Assembly (NCBI RefSeq): GCF_018977255.1 | Contig: NW_024704743.1 | Span: forward strand, 65,784,001-65,848,000 | Reading direction: 5' to 3' | DNA length: 64,000 nucleotides | Source of the DNA: Callorhinchus milii | Lineage: Eukaryota | Part shown: positions 25,298 to 39,375 of the stretch, in pieces | Numbering within the stretch: position 1 is the stretch's first letter | Layout of the letters: the number at the start of each line of letters is the position of its first letter | The notes under the pieces: model-generated | The model's database searches: none | Seen by the model: the letters and a program-made list of their open reading frames with translations, nothing else | What the model was told of the DNA's origin: nothing | Made by a program: the position numbers and the translations under genes

Positions 25298-26046
25298 CTT
25301 TTTTTTTGGTCTGCCGGCAATGGAAATGTTCACTCTGTACCTGGAGGGAAACATCCTGCTTACCTAATTCCAGAGAGTATTAGGTACAGGTTGGCAAGAA
25401 CCAAGGGTTGGGGACTCCAGAGTGTGTGTTGGGGATACTGCTGGGGTTCCAATCAGCTAAAACTGCATAGCTTGCCATTGATAGCACTGTCTGGCAAGCT
25501 TTCCTGCTGCTTGTCCAGCTAGGATCACCCTACCCATTATAATAATAATAATAATCCTTGCATTTGATATAGCGCTTTTCACGTCTTCTAGACGTCCCAA
25601 AGCGCTTCACAGATTATACTGTAAAGTGAATTGACTGTATATTTGTGGGTGAACGCGGCAGCCAATTGCACACAGCAGTGTCCCACAAACAGTCGTAGAT
25701 TGAAAATGACCAATTTATTATTGTTTTTTGTTTTGGAGGGATTATTATTAGGCATGTGGAATAAGGAAACTTGCCCAAGGTTTCGCCCTGCTTGAACTCA
25801 GGTCTCTCGCTTGCAAAGCGAGTTCTCTAACCATTAAGGCTTTGGCTTGCAGGGTTAACATGATCTGAGCGGAAGGATTCCCTGCCCCCGGTAACTCGCC
25901 TGCCCTTCGATGAGCGGCTGGCTGGGTTGTCGCCAGTAGCGCACTGGAATACTGCAGACCTGTCTGGCTACTACTAAAACTGCCACAGAGGATGGCATGA
26001 TTTTGACATACCGTTGCCAACATGTCACCTTGGAGCCAGTTCACCT
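25298..26046 (-). mobile_element. Family X copy interrupted by a tRNA-SINE (25539-25833)
   Basis: T-run plus GGTCTG start; homology stops at 25538 and resumes at about 25836 (TTTGGCTTGCAGGGTTAAC). Confidence 0.8.
25539..25833 (-). mobile_element. tRNA-SINE short subtype
   Basis: As 10722-11047, head slightly truncated. Confidence 0.9.
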
Positions 26047-26099
26047 CAGGAATTAGGTAAGCAGGATGTGTCCCTCCAGGGAAAGAGCTTGACTCCCCT

Positions 26100-27420
26100 T
26101 TCTATCCAAACTGCCAATTTTCCCCCTAATCCATGTGCCCTGAATTTCTCCACCAGTCTTCCATGCAACACTTCATCCACAACATTACTTTGATCTACAT
26201 TTTTAGTTACTTTTAAAGTTACTATTAAATTGGTCAAATACCATCTGTCCTTCACAAATCACATTGTTCCTGTTTAACTCATGGCTATTTAAGTAATTGT
26301 CAACCTAAACTTTTTTTATTGTCTCAGAACGTTTACCCACAACTGACGTAAGGCTAACTGGACTGTAGTTCTCTGGCCTATCCTTGGCACCCTTGTTGAA
26401 CAGATGTACCACACCACCACCAGACTCCAAAGAAGTTTGGAAAATTATTGAGAGCGCCAACTATCTCCTCTCTGTTTTTCTCAACAATCTGAGCTGTATT
26501 CCATCAGGGCCTTGAGATTTCTTGATTCTTGATCCAGGGGTCACAGTCTTAGCCCTTTCGCACTGAGTTAAGGAAAAACTTCTTCACTCAGAGAGTAGTG
26601 AATTTATGGAATTCTCTACCCCAAAGGACTGTAGATGCTCAGTCCTTGAACGTATTCAAGACTGCGATTGATAGATTTCTTGTGGATAAAGGGATTAAGG
26701 GATATGGGGATAAGGCGGGTAGGTGGAGTTAGAATCATAATCTTATTGAATGGCGGGGCAGGCTAGAGGGGCCGAATGGCCTACTCCTGCTCCTAATTCT
26801 TATGTTCTTATGTTTTTATTTTCGATTCTTAGTTGTCCTAACTTTTTTAGTATAGTTTCCTTTTTAATCCTTATCCCATTGTTAAGCTCTTTTGTGGGAG
26901 TATTTAATGAGTATCCATCTCCTCAGTGAAAACTGAAGCAAAATACTCATTAAATATCTCTACCATCACCTCCTTCTCCACCACAAATTACCACACTCAC
27001 CCCCAAGTGGCCCAACCCCCTCCTGAGCTACCCTTTTATTTTTAATGTGAGTATAAAAACCTCAGTCTTTTTTTCATGTTCTTTCTTCACCTTCCTGATT
27101 TCCCTTTTTGTTGTTTTTCTTTGCCTTTGATATATTTTGTGGTTTTCCACCATATTGATAGAACTACAATTTGCATAAGCTCCCTCTTGTCCATTATTAA
27201 TTTCCTGATATTTTTGAAGGCAATGATACCCTATATTTAGTTGCATCCGTTTTGCTCCTTGTTGGAATGTGCTTGCTTTGCACACTCTCAATCTTAACCT
27301 TACGTAGATCCCATTGCCGGAGCTCTGTACCAGAAGTAGTTTGCATTGGAGTGGAGTTCACATGGGATGGTGTGACATATTTCCAGTTACTGGAACAAAT
27401 CCTCATTTATGTGACTCAGA
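26100..27420 (-). mobile_element. Old CR1 ORF2 remnant containing a younger + strand CR1 3' end (26530-26815)
   Basis: YRPVSL-like (GGCCAGAGAACTACAGTCCAGTTAGCCTTAC) and KREIRK segments; insert has FFTQRVVNLWNSLP and a (TTCTTATG)n tail. Confidence 0.8.
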
Positions 27421-29154
27421 TTCCTTATATGGAATACGGCAAATTAGACCCGTTGTCCTCAAAGGGTTAAATAGTGGATAGGATACAATTTTAACAACTC
27501 ATCTCAAGATTACTTATGGAAATGCTTCCAGTAATTTTCTGGCGTTACATTTTGACTTCAGGCATAACATATGGGAAGGATACAGCTAAATGCTATTGGA
27601 ACATATACCACTTTTATAATTTTCCACAGCAAACCCTCTGGGTTCAAAAACAGTTCTGAGAGCTACTTGTTTCACTGTATCACATTAGTATTCTGTATAG
27701 TGTTACCTAAAATGGATGTGCAAACATGAGAGTGTTATCTCCCTTGGGGTTAAAATCACACTGTGGATTTTTGAGATAATATCACTCAGAACTGAAACCA
27801 TATGTTTCATTCTTGTACCCAGGTCAAGTTAAAATCTTCATTTAAGGATTCAGTTTCATACGAACTGTTTGATTTGGGCTTATAAAAGAGATGTCACATC
27901 ATATATGTTTCCAGCAAGTCACGAACTATTGGAAGGACAATGCTCTCTGGTTACTTCTTAAACTGACTTATTCACTTTATTAATGTATGTGGGATATTGC
28001 TTTGTACAAAACGGCTGTTGAGTTCACCTACAAATACACACAATCACTCCATTTTACAAACAAATCCTGTGATGGTTTTTGAGACATCTCGACAACATGA
28101 TAAAACACTATAACAAATTATATTATTATACCCAATGTAAGTAAATGCAACTGAAAGGATTGCTAGCATGGACACAATGCTTCTGTGCTGTAAATTTCTA
28201 AATCAGGATTAGGTATCGGTCTGGCTCAGTTGACAGCACTCTTCCCGAAGGTTGTAGGCTCAAGCCCCACATCGGGACGTTAATCTTATGGTCTCATCAT
28301 GTTGGGGAGTACTGCATTGTCAGAGATGCTGTCCTTTGAATGAACATTTAGACAGCAGCTTCAGAGAAAATACGGAAATGTTGAGAACTGAAATGTGTAT
28401 ACCAAAGTTCTAGAAAGATCCAACAGAGATAGAGAAGACTTAATTAAAAAACAGCTTTAATTAAAAGCTTTCCTTTTAATTTATAGAATTCTTTTTTTTC
28501 AGTGTTCCAAGATGTTACCCTGCGTGAAGGGTGCTATATAAATGCAAGTTGCCCTTTATGAAAGGTTTCCAATAGTGGCTGAAACAATATCTGCCATAAG
28601 ATTAGAGACCAGGCAGCTAAAGGGAAACAGGAATCACAGCACACATTAACTGAATAAAATGTTGAAACAGTTTCATTTTAATGCTTTTCCAACAGCTAAA
28701 TAAAGTTGTTAATTACACTTTAAGCAGAGTGCTCTTCCTTTATCAGCATAAAATATGTTGCCTAAAGATTGTGCTTTATTCTTCGGAAGCAGTGCACTAT
28801 AATAGATTTGGATTATGTTAGGCATGTTTTGGTGTTTTCACAAGCCTCCAGCATTGTATAAGACAATAACAAAATGAATGCACCTCACATATTGTCTTTG
28901 CACTCTCCAGTAAAGTGACATAGCAGGAAATGTCCCTGAAAGTCAAATCACATAATGCTTCAGATGAGAGGCATAGATTAATAACTGCTGTTCCAAAGTT
29001 CCTTCCGACCTTTCCATTCAAACAATATGTCTTTCTGGACCCGTACTCACTGTTGACAGGAACCACTCCCTAGAAACTTGACGTAGTCTGTGGAATATAG
29101 AGAACTGAATGTATCCGATCAGCAGGGGAAAATACATCTCAGTTGAACTTACTT

Positions 29155-29800
29155 TTTCTTGGTCAGCCAGATGTCTGAACCATGTTTAAGAGTATCCAAA
29201 CCAAACTTAGAGTTCCATGCATGTCACCCACACATAGTAATTCCCATGTTTGGAATGGAATGTGCACTCTCTCCTTGGAGGGTTGCATCCTACATACCTA
29301 ATTCTGGAGAGTATTAGGCGCAGGTTGGCAAGAGCCAAGGTTTGGGGACCTGCTGTGTCACTTCATTGGAGAGTGCAAAGACAACATGTGAGGTGCATTC
29401 ATTTTAGCATTGCCTTATACAGTGCTGGAGACAGTTGGGGTGCTGCTAGAGTTTATCCAGCTAAAACTGAATAGTTTGTCATTGATACTGTTGTCTGCAA
29501 GGTTTTCCTCTGCTTGTCCAGCTAGGACCACTTTGATTTCTCTTGCAAGGTGAACAGAAGCTGAGTAGGAAGAATCCCTACTTCCAGTGATTATTCTGCA
29601 CTCCAATGAGTCCTACCAATGAGCCAGGCTGGCTGGTCAGTCATCATCAGTGTCCTGGAGTATTGTGGACCCGCCTGGCTCAGGAACTGGACTACTGAGA
29701 CCGTCTCAGAGAATTGTCTTGATTTCGACATTCCGTTGCCAAACATGTCACCTTGAAGCTAGTTCAGCTTTAAGGAGACTCTGTTTAGGTCTCCCGAGAG
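29155..29800 (-). mobile_element. Family X near full-length copy
   Basis: Colinear with 60161-60790; small internal insertion at about 29365-29425. Confidence 0.8.
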
Positions 29801-31374
29801 AATATGGAGATTGATATTATTCGAGTCCTCCGTGGTGAATTGAAGCGCTTTCCTCCCACAGACATTTGATGACTTTCCAAAATTGCACTATCCTGAAAAG
29901 TGAACTCTTGGCATGGCTGAGCGGTTCACTCTGACTCAAGGTCATGCAGGACACTGACAGATCATGACCTCAGTCCATTTGAGTGAAAATTTCATGACAT
30001 TAACGTCAATAGGTTCTGATCTCTCCCTCACTCTGACTCATGTGTGTTAGTTCAGTATGTTCCCCCCTATTTACTTCTATATTTACTTATTTACTCAATG
30101 TGCTGAAGAGATGGGAGAGTGATTTCTCCCATGCGGCTTTGGCACAATGGCTGAAACCACTTACTGGGAGGGGTGTGCAGCTACCTCGAGAGTGATAGTT
30201 AATACTGGCGATAGTTTCGAAAAGCCATAAACTTTACCCCAATTACAATTATAAAATAAAAAATTATAGTGTTTATCATTTTGGTTCCGACCACAGACAG
30301 CAGGCAAAGAGACAAGGACCATCTGTATGGAGGAGAATTTCAGTGGTCAGCTGAAATATGCATCTAAGTGAATGCTAATTTACAACAACAAAACTTGTGA
30401 TGGGGATCAGTGAGCAGAGAGATCATAAGATTGGTTTGGATGAAGAAGGCCCTTCGGCCCATCTGATTTTTTCCTTCCAGTATGCAAATACAGTCACTAC
30501 ACTACAGTAAATACTGTGAAGGTTTGAAATATATTGATGTGATGTGCTACAACAACAACAATAAATTGCATTTATATAGCGCTCTTCATGCAGGGTAGAG
30601 TCTCAGAGTACTTAACAGTGGTGGAGCTTTGTGTTAAGCCGGAGAGAGAGGGGAGGTACCCGTAGGCAAGGTCGAAGACTAAGGTGTTCAGATGCAATCT
30701 GGAAACAGGCAAGGAGTGGGCAAGGCAATGCCCTTTAATAAATATAAGAATTATTATTATCGCTAAAATGCAGTAAGTGAGGTTTTGTGCAATTGACATG
30801 ATACCTAATAATTTTCTGGAAATACAGCATATCAATTTTAAAAAAATAAAATTTCAATGAGCAACAGCAGCACAATATAATCTATGGTTGTATAAAAAGA
30901 TCACTCACTCATTCACTGTTTATTTATCTCAACATCAGGAATTACAGTAACTGCATATAAACAGGAAGAGCTATAAATAGAAGTCAATTAGTGTGTGCGT
31001 CATTTAACTTGCTCATTTCTTCGTTGAACCAAGATTGTGTTGCACAAAGAGAAGATATTTTGTTTATAAAACTCATTAAATGATACATTCTATGAATTGT
31101 TACTGGTAGCCAGAAGTTATTAACCATGACCTGAGCTTGGATTATGTTAACCTGAGTCATTGATACGAAAAGCTGCTTGAAAAAAAACTGTTCTGCGTTT
31201 CCTAAAGTAGCTTTACATTGTGGAAAAGCAGTTTTGAATATGATTTTGTTTGCACTTGTACCAGCAGGAGTGAGAACGTGAGCTGATCGTTACCTCCAGA
31301 GCTGTAGACACTGAGACCAGTTATAGCATTTCCCCTGGCATTCCAGCTGACATCAGCCAACTCACTTTAGGACC

Positions 31375-31905
31375 ATAGAAATTTATAGTTCAAAAGGAGG
31401 CCATTTACCATATTGGTCCCATGCTGGCTCTCTGGAAAGAGCTGTCCATTTTATCCCATTCTCTTCTCTTTTCCCCATAACCTTTTTTATTTATGTCCAC
31501 AAGTAGTCACCCACAAAATGCAGTCAATTCCCTTTACAGTATATTCTGAGAAGCGCTTAGAGAGTCTCAATGATATGAAAGGCATTATATCAATGCAAGG
31601 ATTATTACTATATTTCTCCTTTATAGATATTTATCCAATTCCCACTTAAAGGTTAATTTGACCTCAACTACCATTCTAGAAAAAGCATTCCACTTCCCAT
31701 CAACACATTGTTTTTTTCCTAATCTTTCCCTTTGCTCTTTTAATAATTACTTCAAATGTACTGACTCACTGTCCAGCTGAAATCATTTTTTTCTTGTTTA
31801 TTTGATCAAAATCCATCATAATTTAAAAACATCTATCTGGTCTCCTCTCAACCAATTCTCTCAGCCTCTGCTCATATGTAAAGCTTCTCATCCTTGGTAT
31901 CAGGC
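31375..31905 (-). mobile_element. Old CR1 3' end with a SINE tail inserted at about 31500-31610
   Basis: CATAGAAATTTATAG..AGGAGGCCATT, AGCATTCCAC motifs. Confidence 0.65.
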
Positions 31906-33622
31906 TAGGAACTGAAGGACCTTGGACCATCCTGTGTAGTTCTGTGCCACACTGGACAGTGGCTTTACCAACTTAGCCATGTTGGGGTGGGGGTGGCTCT
32001 CATAGTACAACTTTAATGTTGTGTTATATTACAGTAAATATTTAATGTAATCTTATGCTATTAATCCAAAGTGCTCCATTACAAAGTGACTGATGCCTTG
32101 CTGCATCTCACGATGTAAAGTGCATTTTTTGCAGGAAATCTCACATATGTCACGTTAACCTTTGAGACCATGGGTTTCTCTGCAGGAAAGAGTTTACTTT
32201 GCATTTACATGGATTCTTTTGCAGCAGAGAGGGGACAGCAACATTGCAGTTTGGTAGACAGGCATAGGTGGGCAGGCAAGCAGACTCATAGACGGATAGA
32301 TGGCTGGGTGGGCAGGCTTGCAGGAGGTATTTGGACATTAAAGTACACAGAGGAAATATGGGGAATGGGAGAAAGAGTTTTGCTTTTATCTAATGAAATA
32401 CCAGACAGGCTCAATGGGTTGAATGATTTACAGTTGCTCCTATGTTTTACCAAGAGCTGGGAACTTTTCATTTAGTGGTCTACATAAATGATACACGTCA
32501 GGGCCTGGTGGTTTGTGCAAATTAACCACCGAGGAGCCACTGGCCACATTACTCATCAACATAAGAGTGAGTTATACCGGTGGTAGCAAAAGCGGTTTAT
32601 ATTCTGTAAACCACCACTTCTCAATGTGCACTCGGTTTCCATAGCACTGACCAAGTATTTTATGCACTTCCTAAAGCAGGTTTATTTTGTTCAAAAACTT
32701 TATCTAATACCAATCTGTCTGCACAGTGATGCTCTTGAAGTTTTTCTTTCAGCATTGGTTTGATGCTAAGTCTGGACCGTATGAGATCAGATCAGGGGAA
32801 ACTTGAGATTTTATGAAGCGTGGAGCTTGTATTGCTGTTAGTATGGCACATCTTTTATTGTGTGATTCTATTGTATTAGGAAGAATTGCAGTGGCTTCTG
32901 GGAGCAGAATAAAACAACATGTCCAGAGGCTACATATCATCTTGTGTCAGTTCAGTCCATCTCTCTCATGTTGAAGGTATCCCTTTCCATTTCTATTTTA
33001 ATAAAAAGCTGTTACCTTGGAATTTCCAGACAGTAACAATCGCTGAAAAAAGTCCAGGAACATAGTTCTTTGAAGTCTTCCCTTCAGAGGACCCATGTTA
33101 ACCAGCTGCAAAGTGCACAGCGGTGGGTATTACATTTGATCACTTATGTGAAGATATTTTCCTGTCAGTTTTTACAAATGCCTGACATGAGGCAGATTCT
33201 TTTAAAACAGACACCATTGGCTATCTCTGTGCAGAAAGCTAACAAAATGACTTTTCCAGAGCAATGAAGCACCTAAAGAACATTCTGCAGGACAAGTATA
33301 TACCCAAGTGCAGCAGGAACAAAATAAAGAAAAACACACCAAAATGGATCGATAGGAAAATAAAAATGGAGATAAATAAGTAATGGAAGATTTATAAAGC
33401 TTGCAGCTTCTAATAACTGTTCACTGTTCGTTGTCTGCCATCATCCCTGGGAAGTGCTCCAATATGTTACCCTGCATGAAGGGCGCTATATAAATTTGTT
33501 GTTGTTGTTCTGTCCAATCACATCATTAAAATATTTCAAAGCACTTCCCAGGATTCTACTGTAAAGTTTAGTAATTATATATTGTGGGCAAACGGGGCAG
33601 CCATGCACAAAGTAGTGAATAC

Positions 33623-35075
33623 CAATGTGACTCCCCTGAACAAAAAGGGACAGAAGGACAAACCTGGGAACTACAGGCCAGTCAGCCTAACATCGGTAGT
33701 GGGAAAACTCCTGGAGACTATAATCCGGGACAGAAAGAATCTTCACTTAGAAGAATATGGGTTAATTAGGGATAGTCAGCATGGATTTGTTAAAGCCAAA
33801 TCTTGTCTAGCAAATCTAATAGAATTTTTCGATGAGGTAACGGAAAGGGTGGATAAAGGTAGTGCAGTTGATGTAGTTTATATGGACTTTCAAAAGGCAT
33901 TTGACAAAGTGCCACATAAAAGACATGTAAGAAAGATAGAAGCCCATGGTATAAAAGGGAAAGTGGCAGCATGGATCCAGAACTGGCTGGGAGACAGAAA
34001 GTAGAGAGTTGTGGTGAACGGCTGCTTTTCTGACTGGAGGGAAATGTACAGTGGCATTCCCCAGGGATCGGTATTAGGACCACTGCTCTTCTTAATATAC
34101 ATAAATGATCTGGACTTGGGTATAGCAAGCACCATTTCCAAGTTTGCGGACGACACAAAGTTAGGTAGGGTGGTAAACAGTGGGAAGGATAGCAGCCAAT
34201 TGCAGGAAGACATAGACAGAATAGTAAAATGGGCAGACACATGGCAGATGAATTTCAATGTGGAGAAATGCGAGTTAATGCATTTTGGTAGAAAGAATGA
34301 GGGGAGGCAATATAGGCTGGTAATACAATCTTAAGGGGGATAAAAGAACAGAGAGACCTGGGGGTGCAGGTAAATGAATCCTTGAAGGTGGCAAGACAGG
34401 TAGATAAAGCTGTAAAAAGGGCATATGGGATACTGGGCTTTATAAATAGGGGCATAGAATATAAGAGTCGGGAGGTTATGATTAACCTATATAAAGCACT
34501 GGTTAGGCCTCAGTTAGAATACTGCGCCCAGTTCTGGGCACCACACTATAGGAAGGATGTTAAGGCATTGGAAAGGGTGCAGAGGAGATTTACAAGGATG
34601 GTACCAGGAATGAGGGACCTTGATTATGAGGAAAGGCTAGAGAGGCTGGGATTATTCTCATTGGAGCAGAGAAGGTTACGAGGAGACCTAATAGAGGTCT
34701 TCAAAATCATAAGGGGATTTGATAGGTTAGAAAGGGAAAAACTGTTTCCACTGGTAGGTGTGTCGGTGACTTGAGGTCACAGATTTAAAATAGTCTCTAA
34801 AACAAGCAGAGGGGTGGTGAGAAGAAATTTTTTCACACAGCGCATTGTTCGAATCTGGAACGCATTGCCTGAAAGGGTGGTGGAGGCCGATTCGATAACA
34901 ACTTTTAAAAACGGGATGGACGGGTCCTTGAGGAGGACGGTCTGCAAGGTTATGGGGAAAGGGCTGGGGTGTGGGATTGACGTTACATTGCTCTTTTCAA
35001 AGAGCCGGCACAGACTCGATGGGCCGAATGGCCCCTTTTTGTGCTGTACGATTCTATGATTCTATGATTCTATGA
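33623..35075 (+). mobile_element. CR1 LINE, 5'-truncated, relatively young; RT pseudogene
   Basis: NYRPVSLTS, QHGF, YMDFQKAFDKV, GIPQGSVLGPLLFLIYIND, KFADD; stops at 34002 and 34772, frameshift near 34320; (ATTCTATG)n tail; nested in a minus Deu-SINE (about 33520-35400). Confidence 0.97.
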
Positions 35076-36074
35076 ATACAGCAGCACAGCAATATCTCAC
35101 AAACAACCAGGAAGTGAATGATCGATTTTATCTGGACGATTCTTGATCAGAACAGCAGGAGAAATTCTCTTATTTTTTTGAAGAGTGTCATACGATCTGA
35201 TCTTTAGCATCCATTTGAACTGGAAAATAGAACCTCAGTTTAACATCTCATCTGAAGGACAGCACTGCCAACAATGCAGCACTCTTCAGACACTGCATTG
35301 AGTGCCATCTTAGACTGAGCTCAAAGTCTCTATGTGGATTGTGAACCCACAACTTTCTAACTCAGAAATGAGAGCACTACCAACTCAACAAGGCAGACAC
35401 CCAAATCTGACTTAAAAAAACAAAATAAACTCCAGTAAATGGAAATTGCTCTACACATAAGTGGAAATAGCGAATAGCACAGGACAATTATTTCATTGAT
35501 TTATCAGGCACAAAGGAATCCATTTTCTACATACATACTCAGTTAATCAGGCTCAGAACTGAAAGGCATCCAAGTACCAGAAACCTCTTTCTCCCTCCCC
35601 CACCAGCCCCACCAAAATCATCATCATCCTCATCAAGCAAATGTACAGGACAAAAATCATCACCAAAGCTTCACCTATTTTTTCTCACATTTACTTCAAA
35701 ATGTAGGGTACATCCTATTTGGTTCAGTTACCTTATAGACATTTAATCCTTTGTGTCGCTTCATAATATAGTACAAGCTGTATGGACAGCTGAGTCAAAA
35801 CAATTAGAGCTGTAATTTAGCTGCGAGAAAATGATGTGAAAAATATATTTAATGCATCTGGCATCTTCTGTTCTGTAGCAATCCTTCTTAATGTGTCTAC
35901 GGATGACCTTATCTTTAACATACGCCATCTAGTGCTAACATAGATAACAAGAAAGTTCTCTGTTTGAATCCCATATGCTGATAGCTACAGTTTGCTTAGC
36001 TATTGCCCTCTTTCTTCTTCAAATAGTTCTAGTTTACCTCAAGTTTCTTTTAATGAGTCTCAATCCTTGGTATA

Positions 36075-36360
36075 AACAAAATGCAAAATACTGCAGATGC
36101 TGGAAATCTGAAACAAAAACAGAAGTTGCTGGAAACACTCAGCAGGTCAGGCAGCATCTATAGAGAAAGGAAAGTGAGTCAATGATTAGGGTCCATGACC
36201 CTTTGTCAGAACGTTAGGTGGAGGGGGAAGGTGAGCTGTTCCTTTCAGACCACAACAGCTCACCTTCTCCCTCCCCTTCTTTTGTGACAATTACCACATC
36301 GTCTTGGTCCCAGACGCACCTTTTCTCTCTGGTCTGCCTATTTTCTTGCAATTCCCCCAA
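36075..36360 (-). mobile_element. Penelope-like terminal fragment with internal inversion
   Basis: CTGCAGATGCTGGAAATCTG...CTCAGCAGGTCAGGCAGCATC; 36310-36350 is the reverse complement of 63588-63625. Confidence 0.75.
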
Positions 36361-36364
36361 AATT

Positions 36365-36670
36365 TCCCAAAACAGTCATGACCAATAGTGAATGACCATT
36401 CATTTTAAATCTGGGGGATTGTTGGCCAGGACACTAGGAGAAACTGAATTTTTCTTCAGAGTGCCATGGGATCTTTAATGTCCACCCGAACAAGCAGATA
36501 GTCCTCAGTTTGACATCTGATCTGGAGTATGGTATCTTTGTCAATATAGCACAATCTCACACTGCCATGGAGTGTCAGCCTGAACTATGATCTTAAAGTC
36601 CAAATATAGGGCTTGAACCCACAATCTTTTAACTGGCAGATGAGAGTGCTATCAACTGAGCTAGGCTAAC
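36365..36670 (-). mobile_element. Deu-SINE
   Basis: GTTGGCCAGGACAC...GTGCCATGGGATCTTTAATGTCCACC...GGGCTTGAACCCAC. Confidence 0.8.
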
Positions 36671-38027
36671 ACCAGACACTAAAAGTACCAATTGGTCTGC
36701 ATATTCTGCAATATAGGCATACACAGAATGTCAAAATCAAATTTTTGGGCCTGTAATTGAGGTGATGAAGAATGGGAACTATACCTCTGATTTCCTGCTT
36801 CACGTAATTTTACATAGTAAAAGGGTACATTGCCATGAAGCAGTGAAATTGTACCCATTGTTTCCCACAGGATGAGTAGTTTCTCACACAGAAAGTGAAG
36901 GAAAACCTAAGGGAGAGTTCAATCTTAGCACCACTACATTTCTCAATGCCAATAATAAAGGAGCATTATCAGAGGTTACAGTCAGTTTCATGCATGCCTG
37001 GGACATAACACATGGCACAGGATAACCTAAAGGGAGGTGCAGAGAGAGAATATTTTGCTTTTAAAGATCTGGGAAATGTTCTTTGGTTGTAAATATTTCT
37101 CTAATTTTACCTCTAAAAATCTGCAGAATATCAATTTTGTATGAAAGAAAAGTGCATATTTTGAAAGCTAAAATAGGCTTCCGATATTCAGTAAATCATC
37201 TGAGTCACAAAGAAATGTGTTCTATTCTCTGAATTTCATCCAACATATAAATATTGTTGTTTGTATATGGGAACTGCACTAGTGATCATGGTTCGTCTGA
37301 ACTACAATTTAATGTCAAGGCTCTGTTATTTTAGGACCAGTCTCAAGCATGTAGGTGTGTTATGTTAATCTCAACATTTTTATAGGCTCTAGTTTGGATA
37401 GTTCTCATTCCATGGCATCCTTTCATTGGGGAGGTCTGATTGTACAGCTCTATGTTGGTCTTGTGTGTGTGTGTCTGTGTATGTATGTAAAACAGTGTGC
37501 CAGTAATAATGGGTTTGTAACAAATGTTCCAGTGTGTTTCATGGTGAAATAGGGGACTGATAGATGAATAAAGTGAAAAGTGCAAGGTCATATATTCCAC
37601 CAGGAAATCATCCTAAGTACCTCAGTTGGCTAATCACTAGATTTGAGACCAGAAGGTACTGGATTTTAATCATCGCTCTCCACTCTTTTGAGGTTGGTAA
37701 AGTGAGTAGGAGTGAGAGTATGTAAGTGGGTCTCTCAGGGATTGAACTAGTTAGCAGTAATCCACAAGGCAGAGTTGAAAGTTGACAGACAAAGGCAAAT
37801 TGGCTAAGTGAAACATTTTGATTCCTAATTACTTGTCTGTGACTTCTGTTAGAAGAATCTGATGTTCTGTAAGAAGACGGTGATCTTATTGTAAGAAAGT
37901 GGATTTGTGACTATCCATCCAATAGCTCATAGGATTCTAATAATTCAACAAGTTATCAGCTATGGATGGATATTGCTGAATAAGCAACTCAAATGAAAAC
38001 TACTTTTGACACAAAAGAATTAATATA

Positions 38028-38348
38028 AATAATAATAATAATAATCCTTGCATTTGATATAGTGCTTTTCACGTCGGGAGGACGTCCCAAAGCGCTTCAC
38101 AGAACACACTGTAAAGTGAATTGACTGTATATTTGTGGGTGAACGCGGCAGCCAATTGCACACAGCAATGTCCCACAAACAGTCATGGATTGAAAATGAC
38201 CAATTTAATTGTTGTTTTTGGTTTTTGGAGGGATTATTATTAGGCGTGTGGAGTAAAGAAACTTGCCCAAGGTTTTGCCCTGCCTGGAATTGAACTCAGG
38301 TCTCTCACTTGCAAAGCGAGTGCTCTAACCATTGAGCTACAGGACTTC
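38028..38348 (-). mobile_element. tRNA-SINE short subtype, full length
   Basis: As 10722-11047. Confidence 0.92.
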
Positions 38349-38929
38349 ACATCTGAGCTTAAATCTGAGCTTAATTCTGATATTTAGCTCCATCATTTGC
38401 TTGGGCGAAAAGGAATATTTTAAAAATTAACTTGGAACTGATCAAGATCGGAATCAGCACTTTGAGACTTCTTCCCGATGTGAAAGGCGCTATACAAATG
38501 TAATTTTACTGTTGTGGTAATGGGAGACGTTCATAATGGGTGCCCGTCGCTTACAGATACACAGTCATTGCACATTATAGTAAATCCTGTGAAGCAGTTT
38601 GAGATGTTTTGAGAAAGTGCTATATCAAATCTAAGGATTATTATTACGTATCCAATATTTTCCCTACTGATAATCCATTTGTGTAAACAGTACCAATTCT
38701 TGTACATTTACGGATTAAATGTTAATGCAGGAGAACATTGTACCATAATACATTGTATCATAGTGGGTGTGAACCATTTAGACTTTAAACTGAAGATGGA
38801 GACCACAGAAATAATATAATTTTCTTCACTGTGGCATGAAAGGCGCAACACAATTGTAATTTTGTTGTTGTAGTTCTAGTCTACACCTGATTATTAATAA
38901 TTTTTAAATCTATATCTTTAAAGAATATT

Positions 38930-39375
38930 ATTCTACAGGAGAGGCTAAAGAAGTTAGCATTGTTCTCCTTGGAGCAGAGAAGGTTAAAAGGAAACTTAAT
39001 AGAAGTTTTCAAAGTTATGAGGGGATTCGATAGGGTGAACAAGGAGAAGCTATTTCCACTGGCGGGTGGGTTGGTAACCTGAGGGCACTGATTTAAAATA
39101 GTTGTTAAAAGAAACAGAGGGGAGGTGAGGAGACATTTTTTCACACAGTGTGTTGTTTGGATCTGGAATGCATTGCCTAAAGGGTGGTGGAAGCCGATTT
39201 GATAACAGCTTTTAAGAAAGAAGTAGATAATTATTTGGGGAGGACAAGTTTGCAGGGCTATGGGGAGAGAGCGGGGGAATGGGATTGATTTGGGCAGCTC
39301 TTTTCAAAGAACCAGCACAGACACGATGGGCCGAATGGCCTCCTTCTGTGATGTATAATTCTATGATTCTATGAT
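38930..39375 (+). mobile_element. CR1 3' end
   Basis: LFSLEQRRL..FFTQ..WNALP; TCTATGATTCTATGA tail. Confidence 0.92.

Noticed and set aside
33582..35059. Active or domesticated reverse transcriptase
   Set aside because: 5'-truncated, with in-frame stops and a frameshift; an ordinary CR1 copy.
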